Assembly: GCA_010015585.1 (NCBI GenBank)
Contig: ML975159.1
DNA length: 64,000 bases
Direction: 5' to 3' (one strand)
DNA from: Eremomyces bilateralis CBS 781.70
Taxonomy: Eukaryota
This document shows, piece by piece, positions 61,858 through 64,000 of the stretch. The notes under the pieces were generated by a model, which saw nothing but the letters and a program-made list of their open reading frames with translations, did no database searches and was not told the origin of the DNA. Position 1 is the stretch's first letter. Each line of letters begins with the position of its first letter. The translations under genes were made by a program, and so were the position numbers.

Positions 61858-62814
61858 GATTGGGGTTGGGAATCGAAGGGATAAGGATATCACAAGACCA
61901 CGGCCACGATCGACAGGCTTCCTGTTGATGATAAGTAGCTATCACTCAATCTTAGACCTAGACAATACATACTTTATGATTTCAGGAGAGATGGACGGTG
62001 GAAGAAAGTGTGAGATGGAGAAGGATGGACGGATACGGAATTGTTATATGAAGTCGGTGATTTGAAGGAGCTCGGAGTGGCATTCGCTGATCGCTGGGGG
62101 CGGCTGGACTTTTGGGGGGAAGGGGGGGTACATTGCCAGAAAGACCCTGCAGTTGCCGGGGGGCGATGAGCGCTAACGGGCCTAAGCTCCCAGCTGGAAT
62201 TGCGGAGGGCCAACAGCGCCCAACATGTCCCTGAAACGATGATCCTCCGCGGTTAATCGCATGCAGCTATCATCGGGGCTCTGGCGAAGGATCGTGAGGA
62301 TCGACAGGTTTGCACTTGGCAACGATTGATGTGCTTGGATGGTTTATTCTTCTCCGTTCTCTGCCCTGATTGCTTCTATAACTGAGGTATTTCTGGATCA
62401 AACACCAGGGCAACGGGTGTGACGCTCGTTTTACCCCCACGTTACCCGGGAGTTTCATGTATTTTTAGCGCGTCCACAGCAACCAAACTCTCTCATTCCT
62501 CTCGCGGTCTGTCGCGGTCTCGTCCATATGGCATGAAGTACCATCTCATCATCATATCGGTCAAGGACGTTATTCAAGCAACCGGTCTTGTTTACAGCTC
62601 CTCTGCATTCCCTCGCGTACTTGAACTGAAGACCCCCAAGTGCTGGTGCTGGGCGATCGCCTGATAACCGCAGGCTATGTACGACGATGGGTCTCATGAT
62701 AGAGATGAGAGTGATCTCAAACACCCACGCCGAGCAACCACCGCGATCAGTCCACATAACAGCTGTCACATCCTCCGTCTAGAACCCTCTTGAAAGTGAC
62801 TCCCTCTCTCTCCG

Positions 62815-64000
62815 CTACCTCGCCCACGGAGTCTTCGTTTGCACAAACTCTGTCGGCGGATTCTTCTCCTCGCGAGTACCCGACGATTCCGGCTTGGCCC
62901 ACGGAGCAGCCGTCGGCGGCGGCAGGCGAGTATTTGCCCTTCCAGTCGCCTCGGAAGCAAGCGCAACAGGCGTCCTTGACGGAGGGGTTGGGCGTCCTTG
63001 GCGGAGGCCAATAACTCCCTGCGCAGAGCCGGCCGCCCACGGCGCTTTAGTCGCCTGCGAAGCTTGCTGGGCCGCTGGGATGGATGTTGAGGGTCCACCT
63101 CCCGCGGCTGGGTCGGTCGTTTTCGCGATCCCTTGGTGCGCTTGGATGTGGCTGGATGGAGCGGATGCAGCGGCGTGAGGGTCGCGCTCCCAGCGGAACA
63201 GCGATCCAAAGCGGAAATGTTGGACTACGGGGAACTTGGAGAGGACTTCGGCGTTGTACATTTTGATCATCCCCTTTATATTCATTAGCCACCAAGTACG
63301 GTATGACTAAAGTAGGGGATGCGAGCATACCTTGTTGATTTTCGCCCACCCTGCCGTGACGCCCGACACGTCGTACAGGATCGGGCTATGCTCCCAGAAG
63401 GGCCCTCTCTTGACGTCGTAGATGAATCCGATGGCGCTGAAGTACATGTTCTGCTTCCTTTCCCGCTCTACTGCCGGCTTTTTGGCGACATCTGATGCGC
63501 TGGGAGCGTCCGGGACAGAGCCTTCAGTGGGGATATCTTCATCGGGGGAGATAGGGGGTGACAGTTGCGCTGACCCAAAGATGTAGGGGACGAAGGAATG
63601 ATCATCGAGACCCCATACTCCATGTGATCCAGCTGGCTCTAGCGTATATGTGAGGATGAGTTTGCGGATTAACCGCAGATAGCTGTTATTGTCAGTGTCT
63701 TGCAGATTCACCAACCCATAGTTACGCGAGGAGACAAGCGTACGGTTCTATAACACCGAGTACAATTCCACGCTCTTCATTGCCACTGTGGGACAGATCA
63801 AACCCCCCGAGCTTCCAGATGCAGCCCAGGAACGCCAGAAAGCTGAGCTCGTGACCTGTTCCGTAGTCCAATCGCTGTGCACTGCCAAAGCTTCCAAGCA
63901 GGTAGGATTCCAGCTCGGTCCTCGATGATACGGTGCTATCCACCGTATCTGATGGTAGATCTGGACTTGAAGGGAACTCCAGCACATGACTGGGCAAACA
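62815..64000 (-). CDS. RRD1: PP2A phosphotyrosyl phosphatase activator (PTPA), 5'-truncated by the window edge
   Basis: [76 protein letters not shown], and a tail with APWA repeats. Confidence 0.93.

Noticed and set aside
1..64000. Stop-codon readthrough (TGA CTA) producing cryptic PTS1 extensions
   Set aside because: The stop contexts I inspected (about ten of the metabolic and housekeeping genes, not all) showed neither the TGA-CTA motif nor an SKL-like extension.

Overview
Gene-dense 64 kb window from a filamentous ascomycete (Pezizomycotina-type genes, short GT-AG introns with CTRAC/CTAAC branch sites, one 70-N gap at 20650-20719). About 27 protein-coding genes can be reconstructed. Housekeeping genes: eIF3i, BCKDH E1-alpha, RPS0, mitochondrial uS15, TOM70, TIM17, RSC9, DOA4-type deubiquitinase, VPS27, MsrB, PTPA (partial). 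Signalling genes: OPY2, AtfA, LMW-PTP, PTH11-like receptor. Accessory genes: RTA1, desaturase-like, SDR, amidase, ACS-family MFS, HIU hydrolase, BTB, alpha/beta hydrolase. No rRNA, tRNA or CRISPR was found. Main points of interest: a cryptic Rec114-like meiotic gene; a head-to-head DOA4/VPS27 pair with a tandem motif in the shared promoter; a decayed reading frame with ubiquitin-tail-like (L/I)RGG motifs next to the deubiquitinase; an HIU hydrolase with a PTS2 between two start codons; a GATA-rich amidase/permease module; a 200-bp foldback element; a LINE endonuclease relic; and a recurrent C-rich to G-rich switch inside genes. All calls come from manual reading and remembered family motifs. 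No database search was run, and exon boundaries are approximate.
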